DNA of 61,661 bases, filler included, from 7 parts of 7 records of this genome joined end to end with filler, not necessarily neighbours in it; one strand, 5' to 3'. Positions 31,601-41,913 are shown, counted from the whole stretch's first letter. Notes: generated by a model not told the origin, from the sequence alone. Made by a program: numbers and translations.

Positions 31601-32720
31601 TTTTCCAATACCTTACGGTGCAGTAATTCGCGTTGAAGAAGACAGCAATGTCGATCCTGGAACTATTATTGCTGACTGGGACGCCTTTTCTATTCCTATT
31701 GTTACAGAAGTTGGAGGAAAGATTAAATACGGCGATGTGGTTGAAGGCGATACAATGCAGGAGCGTGTTGACCAGATTACAGGTAAAGCTAGTAAAGTTA
31801 TTACCCCTGGTTCTTCTTCTAAGCAGATGAATCCTCGTATTTCAATCAAAGATGAACGAGGTCGAACTTCGAAACTCCCAGCAGGTGATTTGGCAGCCCG
31901 ATACCCCTTACCAGTTGGTTCGGTTATCACCGTCAACGAATTAGATGAAATCACCCCAGGTACGGTAATCGCTAAAATTCCTCGTGAAACAACAAAGACC
32001 AAAGATATTACTGGTGGTCTTCCGAGGGTAGCCGAACTTTTTGAAGTCCGGAAACCAAAAGAACAGGCAGTAATTACTGAAATCGACGGTCGAGTGACGT
32101 TTGGCAAAGATCTCAAAGGGAAAAGAAGGGTTGTTGTTACTCCGGAAACAGGAGAACCTAAAGAATATCTTGTCCCAAAAGTCAAACATATTACCGCTCA
32201 TGAAGGTGATCACGTTAAAGCAGGTGAGCGCCTTATGGAGGGATCGGTCCTTCCTAATGATATCCTACGTGTTCTGGGAGCAGAAGAACTCGCGAAATTT
32301 TTGGTCAACGAGATTCAAGAAGTTTATCGTTTGCAGGGTGTTAAGATTAACGATAAACACATTGAGACAATAGTTCGCCAAATGCTCAAGCGTGTTCGGA
32401 TAACCGACCCTGGTGATTCTATTTTCATGCTGGACCAACAGGTTGAGTGGTGGAAATTTCAGGAAGAAAATGAAAGGTTACTCAAAGAAGGGATTCAACC
32501 TGCCTCTGCAGAGCCCCTCTTGTTAGGAGTTACAAAGGCTTCGTTGTCTACTGATTCTTTCATTTCTGCTGCTTCTTTCCAGGAAACAACCAAGGTCCTG
32601 ACCAATGCTGCAATGGCTGGAAAGATTGATGATTTGTCAGGGCTTAAAGAAAATGTAATTATGGGTCGCTTAATTTCAGCAGGAACAGGACTCGATCGCT
32701 ATCGAGTGAAGGCCAATTAA
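28659..32720 (+). CDS. rpoC: RNA polymerase beta' subunit (GTG start)
   Basis: NADFDGDQM catalytic motif, N-terminal Zn finger, TQLTMRTFH. Confidence 0.99.
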   Translation: MEELFSFFAKPKGPVSFSKVKISLASPEKIREWSHGEVKKPETINYRTFKPERDGLFCAKIFGPVKDYECNCGKYKRMKHRGVVCEKCGVEVIQSKVRRERLGHIELAAPVAHIWFLKSLPSKIGAILDMTLKQLERILYFESYAVVTSTVEEMPVATLLNEEQYRSALENHPGAFRVGIGAEAIREMLMGLDLVELSETLRREMKETGSATKRAKYGKRLNVVEAFRDSGNKPEWMILEVIPVLPPDLRPLVPLEGGRFATSDLNDLYRRVINRNNRLKRLLELDAPDIIIRNEKRMLQEAVDVLFDNGRRGRTITGPNKRPLKSLSDMLKGKQGRFRQNLLGKRVDYSGRSVIVVGPHLRLHQCGLPKKMALELFKPFIYNRLEQKGYVTTIKSARKMVEKGAKEVWDVLDDIVREYPVILNRAPTLHRLGMQAFEVVLIEGKAIQLHPLVCAAFNADFDGDQMAVHVPLSVEAQVEARVLMMSTNNILSPANGGPIIIPSQDIVLGLYYMTRDRFGVIGEGAVYSSPVEARMAYDHGAAHLQARVKTRIKGKLVQTTIGRMIVGELLPDPVPFSLVNKELSKKELAFLIDYTYRHAGTKDTVILADRLKDMGYEYATKAGISICINDMMIPVKKEEFVEEAETEAAEVDQQYTDGLITDGEKYNKIIDIWSKATDKITKEMMDELAVEYAPDLSGKVQEIKSFNAVYIMADSGARGSKDQIRQLAGMRGLMAKPSGEILETPIKANFREGLNVLEYFISTHGARKGLADTALKTANSGYLTRRLVDVAQDSTIVIKDCATMRGVQAEPLIEGGEVIVRIGERILGRVALDDIVDPHTGEVLVEMDEEITEEKVEAIEAAGVDRVMIRSVLTCEAKRGVCAMCYGRDLGRGHMVNIGEAVGIIAAQSIGEPGTQLTMRTFHIGGTASRAVEQAEVRSQRGGKIQYKELHSVRNDEGFLVVMTRNAEVTVLDDQGVDRERFPIPYGAVIRVEEDSNVDPGTIIADWDAFSIPIVTEVGGKIKYGDVVEGDTMQERVDQITGKASKVITPGSSSKQMNPRISIKDERGRTSKLPAGDLAARYPLPVGSVITVNELDEITPGTVIAKIPRETTKTKDITGGLPRVAELFEVRKPKEQAVITEIDGRVTFGKDLKGKRRVVVTPETGEPKEYLVPKVKHITAHEGDHVKAGERLMEGSVLPNDILRVLGAEELAKFLVNEIQEVYRLQGVKINDKHIETIVRQMLKRVRITDPGDSIFMLDQQVEWWKFQEENERLLKEGIQPASAEPLLLGVTKASLSTDSFISAASFQETTKVLTNAAMAGKIDDLSGLKENVIMGRLISAGTGLDRYRVKAN

Positions 32721-32820
32721 TTGAAGAATAAACTTGACCTTTAGTTCTGTTTCGTTTATATATCCAACCTTTCGTGTCCAATTGATGGTTATGAAGCTTA
32801 TTTTTAAAGGAGTGGTTTGA

Positions 32821-33192
32821 ATGCCCACAATAAATCAACTTGTCAGGAAGAGACGCAAAAAAACCACCAAGAGGTCTAATACTCCTGCCTTGCAGAGTTG
32901 CCCGCAGAAACGTGGTGTATGCGTCCGTGTCTATACCACGACACCTAAGAAGCCTAACTCTGCTTTGCGAAAAGTCGCTAGGGTGAGATTGACTAATGGT
33001 ATAGAAGTCACATCTTATATACCTGGTATCGGACATAACCTGCAGGAGCACTCCGTTGTTCTTATTCGAGGCGGACGTGTAAAGGATTTGCCAGGTGTTC
33101 GTTATCATGTGGTCCGAGGCACCTTGGACACCCTTGGTGTTAGTGATCGTCGTCAAGGTCGGTCTAAGTATGGAGCTAAGCGACCTAAGTGA
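32821..33192 (+). CDS. rpsL: 30S ribosomal protein S12
   Basis: [31 protein letters not shown]. Confidence 0.99.
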   Translation: MPTINQLVRKRRKKTTKRSNTPALQSCPQKRGVCVRVYTTTPKKPNSALRKVARVRLTNGIEVTSYIPGIGHNLQEHSVVLIRGGRVKDLPGVRYHVVRGTLDTLGVSDRRQGRSKYGAKRPK

Positions 33193-33221
33193 GGTTGCTG
33201 TAAGGTATAGCAGGGGATGAA

Positions 33222-33695
33222 ATGCCTAGAAAAAAATTATTAGATAAACGCCCGGTTGCTCCGGATCCAAGGTTTAACTCGGTGCTTGTGTCCAAGTTTA
33301 CCAACGGTTTGATGCAGGACGGTAAGAAAAGTACTGCTCGTAGAATATTTTACGATGCTATGGACATAGTAGACCAGAAGGTCGCTGACGAAGAACCGCT
33401 TGTTATTTTTGAAGAGGCGATGGAGAATGTGCGTCCCCGTATCGAGGTGAAAAGTCGCCGGGTCGGTGGTGCAACTTATCAGGTGCCGATCGAGGTTCGT
33501 CCAGAGCGTCGCAATGCATTAGCTATAAGATGGATTGTTGGGTTTGCTAAAAACAGGTCTGGTCAGTCGATGGCTCAAAAGCTTGCAGCTGAAATTCTCG
33601 ACGCCTATGGAAGTCGTGGCGGGTCTGTGAAGAAGAAAGATGATACCCATAAGATGGCGGAAGCAAACAAAGCCTTTGCTCACTATCGCTGGTAG
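33222..33695 (+). CDS. rpsG: 30S ribosomal protein S7
   Basis: [25 protein letters not shown]. Confidence 0.99.
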   Translation: MPRKKLLDKRPVAPDPRFNSVLVSKFTNGLMQDGKKSTARRIFYDAMDIVDQKVADEEPLVIFEEAMENVRPRIEVKSRRVGGATYQVPIEVRPERRNALAIRWIVGFAKNRSGQSMAQKLAAEILDAYGSRGGSVKKKDDTHKMAEANKAFAHYRW

Positions 33696-33809
33696 ATTTT
33701 TTTTCAGCATTGAAAACGGTTGACAGAAAGTTGTAACTGCTGTAAACAGTTTTCATTTTTTTGAATCTAATTAATCAGAAAATGATTAGAAAGAATACAG
33801 GTGTAAAAC

Positions 33810-33977
33810 GTGGCAGGATCACCTTCGTTGTCAAAGGTGCGCAATATAGGCATTATGGCCCATATAGACGCGGGAAAAACGACCACCACTGAACGTATTC
33901 TTTTTTATACCGGTAAGTCGCATAAGTTGGGCGAGGTGCATGACGGAAATGCTGTCATGGACTGGATGGAGCAGGAG
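33810..33977 (+). CDS. fusA: Elongation factor G, N-terminal fragment
   Basis: [28 protein letters not shown]; 3'-truncated. Confidence 0.96.
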
Positions 33978-34077
33978 NNNNNNNNNNNNNNNNNNNNNNN
34001 NNNNNNNNNNNNNNNNNNNNNTTAATTAATTAANNNNNNNNNNNNNNNNNNNNNNNNNNNNNNNNNNNNNNNNNNNN
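33978..34077. other. Synthetic contig spacer
   Basis: 44 N + TTAATTAATTAA + 44 N. Confidence 0.99.
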
Positions 34078-34260
34078 CAATTGAACAGAGATATTATAAT
34101 TTTGTGCAGTAATTTTATCTACAGCACAGAGGCTGACAATCAGAAAAGTAAGAGATGTGAAAATATGTTTCATTATAAAATTGCAATTGATAAGCATAAT
34201 ATTCCGGGGAAATTACAAAACTTTTTTGAATTACACTCTTCTCTTAACGATTCCCTAACA

Positions 34261-34291
34261 AAAGAAAAGGCTGCCAGAATTGACAGCCTCC
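34261..34291 (-). terminator. Intrinsic terminator of the peroxiredoxin gene
   Basis: AGGCTG..CAGCCT stem with A-tract on the left (U-tract on the minus strand). Confidence 0.7.
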
Positions 34292-34296
34292 TAAAA

Positions 34297-35031
34297 TTAA
34301 TGAGCTACAGGTTCTTTTTTTAATATTGTATTGAGAATATCTTCTTTACTTAGTTTTTTAGTGCAGAAGAACCATTCGTAACAGTGTACATCTTCATCGG
34401 CATTTTCCATTCTGGTTTTGGCAACACCACATGAACCTGCAGGTGGAACAATTACCTCTTCACCTGGTTGCCAGTCGGCTGGAGTAGCTACCGAGAATTT
34501 ATCTGCAGTTTGCAAAGCAATTAATACTCTGTAAATCTCATCGAAGTTTCTACCTAAACTTAAAGGATAATAGATAATGGTTCTTATAATACCGTGAGGA
34601 TCTATAAAAAATACGGCTCTTACTGCTTTTGTACTGTCTTCGCCAGGTTGTATCATTCCATATTTATTGGCAACATCCATTTTAATGTCTTCGATTAAAG
34701 GGAATTCAACCTCAATATCTTTCATCCCTTTGTATTCTATCTTTTCCTTAATAGTTCTTAGCCAAGCTATATGACTGTACAGACCATCTACTGATAATCC
34801 AACCAATTCACAATTAGCTTCATTAAATTGATTTTCCATTTTTGAGAAGGTCATAAATTCAGAAGTACAAACTGGTGTAAAATCTGCAGGATGACTGAAA
34901 AGAATAACCCACCTTCCTCGATAATCATTTGGGAAATGAATGTCACCTTGAGTGGTTATGGCTCTAAATTCCGGAGCTTTATCTCCAATTCTAGGCATAG
35001 AAACTTTACTTAGTTCTCTGTTTTCTTCCAT
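34297..35031 (-). CDS. Peroxiredoxin, Prx6/archaeal-type
   Basis: SHPADFTPVCTSE peroxidatic motif, GRNFDEI, TPADW, C-terminal SCG and CYEWFFC cysteines. Confidence 0.94.
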   Translation of the reverse strand: MEENRELSKVSMPRIGDKAPEFRAITTQGDIHFPNDYRGRWVILFSHPADFTPVCTSEFMTFSKMENQFNEANCELVGLSVDGLYSHIAWLRTIKEKIEYKGMKDIEVEFPLIEDIKMDVANKYGMIQPGEDSTKAVRAVFFIDPHGIIRTIIYYPLSLGRNFDEIYRVLIALQTADKFSVATPADWQPGEEVIVPPAGSCGVAKTRMENADEDVHCYEWFFCTKKLSKEDILNTILKKEPVAH

Positions 35032-35248
35032 GGCTTAAAGTTTGTGTTTATTGATTATTCTTGATTTTGGGATCAGGTTTGGATTCAGAGAAATCCAATT
35101 GTCAGGTTTCATTTGTTGAAACCAAAGGGAGTACAGATGCTATTTATCTGCCGAAGTATATTAAAGTTACTTCTTTGACGCACCTATGTCAAGCAAAAAA
35201 TACTGAAAAACTTTATTTTAAATGAGTTTTATTAAAGAGTAGTGCAGA

Positions 35249-35632
35249 TTACTGTTTAGTAACTGACACAGGATTAATATCAAGCCATTGATAAGCTTCG
35301 TTTTCGGAATGGAATACTTTGGCATTTTGGATTCTTACTTGAATTTCAAAAAGCATTGCCATTGGCGTATCATACGATTCACTAACAATGATTGCACATT
35401 TGTTTAAAATAGGACTGTACTTCTCGTACTCGTCAATATAATCATTCAGATCTTTAATATTTAGAAGGACTTTTGCCTGTGTGAAGTTAGAGATAACATT
35501 GAAGGTTTCATCAAATAGCTGATCATTCCTGGTACTCAAGGTGTGCTGAATCAGATCATTCCATTTGAAATAACCATAGTAATATTCCTTGATTAATTTA
35601 AGTTCTGGTATAATTTTGTATTTGAACTTCAT
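35249..35632 (-). CDS. Hypothetical protein (SpoIIAA/STAS-SEC14-like)
   Basis: 127 aa; KCAIIV and KVFHSENEAYQWL C-terminus typical of that fold; family call is an inference. Confidence 0.55.
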   Translation of the reverse strand: MKFKYKIIPELKLIKEYYYGYFKWNDLIQHTLSTRNDQLFDETFNVISNFTQAKVLLNIKDLNDYIDEYEKYSPILNKCAIIVSESYDTPMAMLFEIQVRIQNAKVFHSENEAYQWLDINPVSVTKQ

Positions 35633-35685
35633 ATGGTGGCTTTTAAATAAATATATGAAGATCAGTTAAATCGAACAAAAAAGTT

Positions 35686-36519
35686 TTACCGATGATTGGT
35701 TTTAGTATTTAAAACATTCTTTGTTTTAATATCCTTTGGAGAGTAATGTCTTGTCAACCACTTGCTTAATCCATCCATTCCCGGGAAGAGCACTCTTTCG
35801 TTGATATTAACCTGATCCAGCTTATCACGAATTTCCCACTTCATTTCTGCTGGAATTCGTATTCTAAAATAGAGTTCAGGTTTATCCACCAACCAATCAT
35901 TTAAAATGGCATAGGAGTGAGACATGAAAGTAAAAATTGCATATTGGTTTACAATTCTATCATCAAGAGAAGGAGGTTCAAAGGCAACTACAAAATCACT
36001 TCGCTCTTTTGAAAGTTCGGTGATGTTTTGATAGGTTTCCTTCAACATATCAATGGTAAAACTGTTCGATCCTATTTCATTTAACTTTTCCTGAAGATTA
36101 TTTGGTAAATACTCTTTTAATCTCTCGTAGTTTAATGCCCAAATTACTCCATCGTGATGGTATTTATCGATCTCGTTGGTTGCAAAGTGTAAGGCAACAT
36201 ATGGAGAATAAGTCCAATCCAATAACCTGGTTGGCAAACCATGGTGTTGCGCCAATGCTAACCATTCCCAATCCGATTTGTTGTTAATATCGGGGCGGGA
36301 AGAGTACTTCTTAAAATTTCTTAGCAAATGAAATTCCAGATTTTGATAAGGTCCATTTAATCGAATTAGGGAAGTTTTTAACTGATAGTGGAATTTGGAA
36401 AGACCCCTGTAGATGTATGGCGATCTTGTACGATTGATATCTGTATTGTACGAATCCGTAAACAAAAGTTCCTGTAGTTCGGACCAGTTGGCGGGTACTA
36501 TTTCTTGTTTCAATTCCAT
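35686..36519 (-). CDS. FRG domain protein
   Basis: YIYRG, AQHHGLPTRLLDWT.SPYVAL.FA, RIVNQ, LFPGMDG; start taken at MELKQ. Confidence 0.9.
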   Translation of the reverse strand: MELKQEIVPANWSELQELLFTDSYNTDINRTRSPYIYRGLSKFHYQLKTSLIRLNGPYQNLEFHLLRNFKKYSSRPDINNKSDWEWLALAQHHGLPTRLLDWTYSPYVALHFATNEIDKYHHDGVIWALNYERLKEYLPNNLQEKLNEIGSNSFTIDMLKETYQNITELSKERSDFVVAFEPPSLDDRIVNQYAIFTFMSHSYAILNDWLVDKPELYFRIRIPAEMKWEIRDKLDQVNINERVLFPGMDGLSKWLTRHYSPKDIKTKNVLNTKTNHR

Positions 36520-36599
36520 TTTACTATAGATAGGTTTGCAATAATAAAGTTGCAAATAATCTTCTAATTAAATGTTTACTTTAGCTTAATTTTTTGCAC

Positions 36600-36628
36600 A
36601 AAAAAAGCTGCTCCATTGGAACAGCTTA
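36600..36628 (-). terminator. Intrinsic terminator after the DUF4382 gene
   Basis: AAGCTG-CTCCATTGGAA-CAGCTT with A7 tract. Confidence 0.65.
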
Positions 36629-36647
36629 AAAGTATTTTTCTTTGCAA

Positions 36648-37445
36648 CTAATTAACAACCGTTTCGATATCAATTGTTCCGGCATCGGTAATGTTTTCGA
36701 TACTCACCGTAATATCTTCCACTTCTTTTTCAAGATATCCATCAACTGGTTCAATCGCCAATTTATAAGTTCCGGCATTTAATCCTTTAATCAAGAAATT
36801 GCCATTTTCTTCTGCTATTGTTGATATGGTATCCGTACCCATTACAGCATGAATTACAGGTAGGGCTTCTGCTGGAGAAATAATACCAGAGATAGCTCCT
36901 GTTGTAGCTTCATTAAATGTTCTGATAACAGGCTTTAATTTGTAATTGCCATTTCCAGTTTCAACAATAGATCGTGCAGCATCAAAATCAATCCAAAGCT
37001 TGTATTCTATACCAGCAAGAAAATCATCATGAATTTGAAACTTAAGACCCGATGTTTGAGCTGATGGTGTATCTAAATCATAACTCACACCATCAATAAC
37101 AACAGTATTGTTTTCACCAAGAATCAAACGCATTTGAGAGACATTACCACTTGGCAATTCCTGATCAACCAAAAGTGTATCTATGCCATTATTGAATTGT
37201 AATAGATCATAAACTCCTGGATTAATTAAATTCATTTCTTTCCATCCATTTTCTTCGTTTTCATTATTTGAGGAATGAAACTGAATTTGCTGGATATCGA
37301 TATTGACTTTATCGTATTGAGCAGGAGCATCAGTCAATCGTATCTTTACAGGAGTAGTTAATTTTACGTCATCATCGGAGCATTGAATAAATGCAAATGC
37401 CAAAATCAAAAGGGTAAGAAAACCTAACGGTCTTAAATTTTTCAT
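36648..37445 (-). CDS. DUF4382 lipoprotein with carboxypeptidase-regulatory-like C-terminal domain
   Basis: Lipobox FIQC; LTDAP, QMRLILG, TPSAQTSGLK, DFDAARSIV, LKPVIR. Confidence 0.88.
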   Translation of the reverse strand: MKNLRPLGFLTLLILAFAFIQCSDDDVKLTTPVKIRLTDAPAQYDKVNIDIQQIQFHSSNNENEENGWKEMNLINPGVYDLLQFNNGIDTLLVDQELPSGNVSQMRLILGENNTVVIDGVSYDLDTPSAQTSGLKFQIHDDFLAGIEYKLWIDFDAARSIVETGNGNYKLKPVIRTFNEATTGAISGIISPAEALPVIHAVMGTDTISTIAEENGNFLIKGLNAGTYKLAIEPVDGYLEKEVEDITVSIENITDAGTIDIETVVN

Positions 37446-37660
37446 AGTATGTAATTATTAATTGATAGTTGTATAACGACAAAAAATGATAAATGTTTTG
37501 TCATTTCGGAACATAGAATATCAATAAATATGCCATTGAAACAGGATGAATTTATAACTCGGTTTAAACCAGAAACTTTGATTAAAGAATAAAATAATTA
37601 CATGTTTCATGATAGGAATTTGTGAGTAAATATTCCACAATTGTTCTGATTTTTCCACAT

Positions 37661-37736
37661 AAAAGAGGGGCATTCCGTTACCTATGATTCAGTTGTAAGT
37701 AATGTATGTAGTAATTAAATCATATAGAATACCCCT
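37661..37736 (-). terminator. Unusually long terminator-like hairpin after the HMA gene
   Basis: AGGGGCATTC/GAATACCCCT outer stem, TATGATT/AATCATA inner stem, short U-tract on the minus strand. Confidence 0.5.
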
Positions 37737-37743
37737 AATTGCT

Positions 37744-38082
37744 TTATTTTCTTTCGTATTTACAGCAGGAATGAAGTTTGTTGTATACTTCATCATTTGC
37801 TTTTACCTTTTCAGTGTCATAACCAACTTTGGCAATAGCTTTATGAATTGCATCCAAGCTAGTTTTTTCAGTGTCAAAACTTACTTTCATGGCTTTGGTT
37901 TTTTTGTCCCAATCTGCCAATGTTACGCCTTCAACAGATTTAGCTGCAGTTTCTATTTTCTTTTCACACATGCCACAGTTTCCGAAAACTTTAAAACTTG
38001 CCTTTTTAGTTTCTGCTTGAGCAGAGTATGAAAGACTTAGCATTGAAACGATTCCTACTAGTAATAACAATTTCTTTTTCAT
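37744..38082 (-). CDS. Exported heavy-metal-associated (HMA) chaperone
   Basis: Signal peptide, GNCGMC metal motif, C-terminal CCKYER. Confidence 0.9.
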   Translation of the reverse strand: MKKKLLLLVGIVSMLSLSYSAQAETKKASFKVFGNCGMCEKKIETAAKSVEGVTLADWDKKTKAMKVSFDTEKTSLDAIHKAIAKVGYDTEKVKANDEVYNKLHSCCKYERK

Positions 38083-38117
38083 TTTGTTTTAATTTAATTT
38101 CGACTTGTTTATATGTT

Positions 38118-39893
38118 TTAATGTTGATGCCCCTGATGTACTGATTTTGGTTCTACTTTGACTAGGGTGTCCGTAACTTCACCGCAATGAAGCATCATAT
38201 CTCCGAAATAAGGGTTCATGATTTTATCTTCTAAACTTAGCCAATAGCCTCCAGTATCATTGTCAGCCATCGGACAATACTGTATATATACCTTCTCTTC
38301 TCCTGTTCCCAACGATTTCATACTGGAAATTAAAGTTTCATTAAAAGGTTTAAATGCTTTTCTCTGCAATTCCATATCACTGTTTTTTACAATGTCAGCA
38401 AGGTGAACATGAAGCATTTCGTACTTTTCTTTCCAAAATTTGAGTGTTTTCCCCTTTAAATCAACCTTTGATGGTTCCATTTGCATTAATGCCTTCATGA
38501 CAATTTTGGCTGCATCATTACTTTCCTTTGCCTTGGTTTCTACCATAATGTCTTTCATTTTTAGGTAGGAGTTCAGCAAAGCCTTCAAGTTGTCAGAGAA
38601 ATCCTCGGTAACATATTGTTGTAATTGTGGTGCTCCAGGCTCACTTCCCGGACGATTCATCATGCTGTATTTGTTATTCAATTGGGCAGCTGCATCTATT
38701 GTAAATGTACCTTTACTAACCACTTCTTCGCCTTCTTCAATTCCCTCTTTTAAGATGTAAGATTCACCTAAGGACTCACCCAGTTCAACTTCACGCATTT
38801 CAAACCCACCATCTACTTTTACATAGGCAATCGATCGCTTCCCTGTCCACATTACAGCAGTTTTAGGAATTACAAGAGACTCGTGAGCATGTTGCATGTC
38901 GGCATAAATAATTCCAGATGCAAACATCTCAGGTTTTAGTAAATTCTCTGTATTATTAGCCTCAGTTCTCAGTTTTACTACACGTTTTTTAGGATCAATT
39001 ATCGGATCGATATAAGTGATGGTTGAATTGAAGACCTGAGAAGGGAAAGATGAAACGGTGAACTCAATTTCATCACCTTTCTTAATGAATCCAAGATCTT
39101 TCTCGTAGGCATCAAATTCAATCCAAACTTTATTCAGGTCAGCTATTTCAAACAGAATACTACCTGCTTTAGCATACGCACCTTCTGCCACATTTCGTTT
39201 AATCACATAACCAGAGACATCTGCTTTTATTTCGAAATATTCGCTTGGTTTTCCATTCTCCTTTATTTGATTGATCTCATCATCAGTCAGCTTCCAGTAG
39301 TTTAATTTCTGCTCAGCAGCTTTTACCAACTCCGGATAAGTATCCTTAGTTTTTAATGCTTGCAATAATTCTTGCTGGGCGCTAATTAGTTTAGGTGCGT
39401 AAACTTTTGCCAAAGTCTGTCCTTTGTAAACTTTTTCACCTTCAAAATTGACCATAAGCTTTTCAATTCTACCATCGAAATGAATGGCTTGTGAACTAAT
39501 TTTACGTTCATCAATGGTCACCTTTCCATTTAGGATTATCTCCATACTGCTTTTGTCACTCTCAATTCTTGTAGTTTGAACATTGGCAAGTTTCATAGCT
39601 GTTTCATTCATTTCAATTACAGCAGGAGAGGAGCTTCCTGATGAATTGTCCAATGGAATTAAATCCATTCCACATATTGGGCAATCACCCTCATTCGGTT
39701 GTTGAATTTGCGGATGCATTGAACAAGTCCAAACACTTGCTTCTGCTGATTCTTTTTCATGATCATGTCCTTCATGCTGATGAGGAGCTTCGGAACTTCC
39801 TCCAAACAATAACCAGCCCAGCAATAATCCTACAATCAGTACGATTAGTTTTTGCTGCCAGTTTTCTGATATGTATTCTAATATGTTTTTCAT
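38118..39893 (-). CDS. CusB-like RND periplasmic adaptor with heavy-metal-binding domain and C-terminal DUF3347-like domain
   Basis: WTCSMHP..CPICGMDL, LKPEMF, C-terminal YCPMA..WLS..NPYFG..ML.CG; His-rich segments. Confidence 0.9.
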   Translation of the reverse strand: MKNILEYISENWQQKLIVLIVGLLLGWLLFGGSSEAPHQHEGHDHEKESAEASVWTCSMHPQIQQPNEGDCPICGMDLIPLDNSSGSSSPAVIEMNETAMKLANVQTTRIESDKSSMEIILNGKVTIDERKISSQAIHFDGRIEKLMVNFEGEKVYKGQTLAKVYAPKLISAQQELLQALKTKDTYPELVKAAEQKLNYWKLTDDEINQIKENGKPSEYFEIKADVSGYVIKRNVAEGAYAKAGSILFEIADLNKVWIEFDAYEKDLGFIKKGDEIEFTVSSFPSQVFNSTITYIDPIIDPKKRVVKLRTEANNTENLLKPEMFASGIIYADMQHAHESLVIPKTAVMWTGKRSIAYVKVDGGFEMREVELGESLGESYILKEGIEEGEEVVSKGTFTIDAAAQLNNKYSMMNRPGSEPGAPQLQQYVTEDFSDNLKALLNSYLKMKDIMVETKAKESNDAAKIVMKALMQMEPSKVDLKGKTLKFWKEKYEMLHVHLADIVKNSDMELQRKAFKPFNETLISSMKSLGTGEEKVYIQYCPMADNDTGGYWLSLEDKIMNPYFGDMMLHCGEVTDTLVKVEPKSVHQGHQH

Positions 39894-39910
39894 TTTTTAT
39901 ATTTTAAGTT

Positions 39911-39940
39911 TCAAGCCTCAAGCCTCAAGCCTCAAGCCTC
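39911..39940. repeat. Heptamer tandem repeat (TCAAGCC)n at contig end
   Basis: Four perfect copies plus TC, cut off by the spacer. Confidence 0.9.
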
Positions 39941-40040
39941 NNNNNNNNNNNNNNNNNNNNNNNNNNNNNNNNNNNNNNNNNNNNTTAATTAATTAANNNN
40001 NNNNNNNNNNNNNNNNNNNNNNNNNNNNNNNNNNNNNNNN
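39941..40040. other. Synthetic contig spacer
   Basis: 44 N + TTAATTAATTAA + 44 N. Confidence 0.99.
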
Positions 40041-40351
40041 TCTATAAAATATGGAAAGGTCAGTTCCATGTGAGCGGATTCCGCTTCCAGCCGCACCTTT
40101 ATTTCTTCCAGAATTTTTCCCAATTGCTGCGGGGATATGTCGTGCCTGTATTCGGACAGCACTTCGATGAAGCGGGACATGTGAGTGCCCTTGTGCTGAT
40201 GGGGCAGGTTTACGTACATGTTAACGCTGGCCACTGTGCGCTGGTGGCCGTTGGCCTTGTCCATGACGGTTATGGGGTATCGGATGTTTTTAACGCCGAC
40301 CTTGTCGATATCTATTCGCCGATCATCGGCCTGGCTTTGAACGTCTATCAT
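40041..40351 (-). CDS. folE2: GTP cyclohydrolase FolE2, N-terminal fragment
   Basis: DVQ..D.R.I.IDKVGV, KGTHMSRF, FPYF; 3'-truncated. Confidence 0.93.
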
Positions 40352-40455
40352 GATGCCTTACCGGGCGGATCAGATTGGGGGAAATCAGGCCCCCTGATCA
40401 GGGTATATTCCCTTGCCGGGAGTTTCATACTACAATATTGAAGTTTTGAAAAGCT

Positions 40456-40484
40456 AAAAGACCCGCCCTGAAACAGGACGGGTC
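40456..40484 (-). terminator. Intrinsic terminator of the nfn operon
   Basis: On the minus strand GACCCGTCCTG-TTT-CAGGGCGGGTC-TTTT. Confidence 0.75.
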
Positions 40485-40504
40485 GCGTTTTTAATAGGCT
40501 GTTT

Positions 40505-41902
40505 TTACCAGCCCCAGGTCAGGTATTCGTGGATTGAATCGGCTGACTGGCGTCCCGCGCCCATGGCCAGGATAACCGTGGCCTGTCCGGTGACTATGTC
40601 GCCGCCCGCCCAAACCTTGGGCTTCATTGTTTTTCCGGTGTCTTCCTGGGCGACAATATTGCCCCACTTGTTTGTATCCAGGCCCGGAGTGGTGCTGGTG
40701 ATCAACGGGTTGGCGCCCGCGCCCACGGCAATAACCACAAGGTCGGTTTCCAGTTCGAAATTGGAGCCTTCGATAGCCACCGGCCTGCGGCGTCCGGAAT
40801 CGTCGGGCTCGCCCAATTCCATCTTCAGGCATTCCATGGATGTGACGCGGCCGTTTTCGTCGCCATTGAAACGAACCGGGGCGGTCAGAAGGTAGAATTC
40901 AAGGCCCTCTTCTTCGCCATGGTGGATTTCTTCCGCCCTGGCAGGCATTTCTTCGCGGGACCGGCGGTAGACAATCCTGACTTTTTCCGCGCCCAGGCGC
41001 AGGGCTGTCCGGGCGGCGTCCATGGCCACGTTGCCGGCGCCCAATACCACCACGTTTTTACCGCGCACGATCGGCGTGTCGTATTCGGGGAACAGATAGG
41101 CTTTCATCAGGTTTGAACGGGTCAGGTATTCGTTGGCCGAGTAAATGCCGATGAGATTTTCGCCCGGCAGTTTCAGGAAGCTGGGCAGGCCTGCCCCCAC
41201 GGCCACAAAAACCGCATCGTATTCTTCGAGAAGTTCGTCCACTGTTTCCGTGCGGCCGACTATGGCATTGAGTTCGAATTTGACGCCAAGTTTGGCCAGG
41301 TAATCGACCTCGGCCTGGACAATGTCCTTGGGCAGCCTGAATTCGGGGATTCCGTAGACAAGAACGCCGCCGGCCTTATGAAAGGCTTCGAATACGGTGA
41401 CGTCATGGCCTTTTAGAATCAGGTCGCCGGCCACGGTCAGACCCGCGGGGCCTGAGCCGACAACGCCAATCTTCTTGCCTGTCTTTTCCGGCAGGGTCGG
41501 GATACTGACTTCGCCCTGGGCGCGTTCCCAGTCGGCGGCAAAGCGTTCGAGTCGGCCGACAGCCACGGGTTCGCCTTTTTTACCCACAATGCACTTGGCT
41601 TCGCATTGGATTTCCTGGGGACAGACTCGGCCGCAAACCGCGGGCAACGCGGTTTTTTCCTTCAACTTGGCGGCTGCCCCGGCAAAATCGCCGTCGGCTA
41701 TATATTTGATGAACCCGGGGATGTCAATTTCAACCGGACAGCCGGCTATGCAGGCCGGCTTTTTGCACTGAAGGCAACGGGTCGCTTCCAACTTGGCCGT
41801 CTCATCCGAATAACCAAGGGGCACTTCTTCAAAGTTTGTCCGCCTCGCTTCAGGCGTCTGTTCCGGCATTGGTTGACGGGGAGTTTTTTCTTTCTCTGCC
41901 AT
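40505..41902 (-). CDS. nfnB: NfnB/SudA (GltD-like) large subunit of electron-bifurcating NADH-dependent ferredoxin:NADP+ oxidoreductase
   Basis: RCLQC..C..GCP, CGRVCPQE.QCE, GSGPAG, YGIPEFRLPK, GAGNVAMD, GGDIVTG.ATVILAMGAG; paired with nfnA. Confidence 0.9.
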   Translation of the reverse strand: MAEKEKTPRQPMPEQTPEARRTNFEEVPLGYSDETAKLEATRCLQCKKPACIAGCPVEIDIPGFIKYIADGDFAGAAAKLKEKTALPAVCGRVCPQEIQCEAKCIVGKKGEPVAVGRLERFAADWERAQGEVSIPTLPEKTGKKIGVVGSGPAGLTVAGDLILKGHDVTVFEAFHKAGGVLVYGIPEFRLPKDIVQAEVDYLAKLGVKFELNAIVGRTETVDELLEEYDAVFVAVGAGLPSFLKLPGENLIGIYSANEYLTRSNLMKAYLFPEYDTPIVRGKNVVVLGAGNVAMDAARTALRLGAEKVRIVYRRSREEMPARAEEIHHGEEEGLEFYLLTAPVRFNGDENGRVTSMECLKMELGEPDDSGRRRPVAIEGSNFELETDLVVIAVGAGANPLITSTTPGLDTNKWGNIVAQEDTGKTMKPKVWAGGDIVTGQATVILAMGAGRQSADSIHEYLTWGW

Positions 41903-41913
41903 GTCTAATACCT

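Noticed and set aside
32821-33192. Streptomycin-resistance alleles in rpsL
   Set aside because: PKKPNS and RVKDLP lysines are wild type.
34081-34323. 80-aa ORF at the start of segment 4
   Set aside because: Runs through the peroxiredoxin terminator and stop on the opposite strand; no motifs.
40505-41902. Glutamate synthase small subunit (gltD)
   Set aside because: Paired with an NfnA/SudB-type gene and no gltB; NfnAB is the better call.
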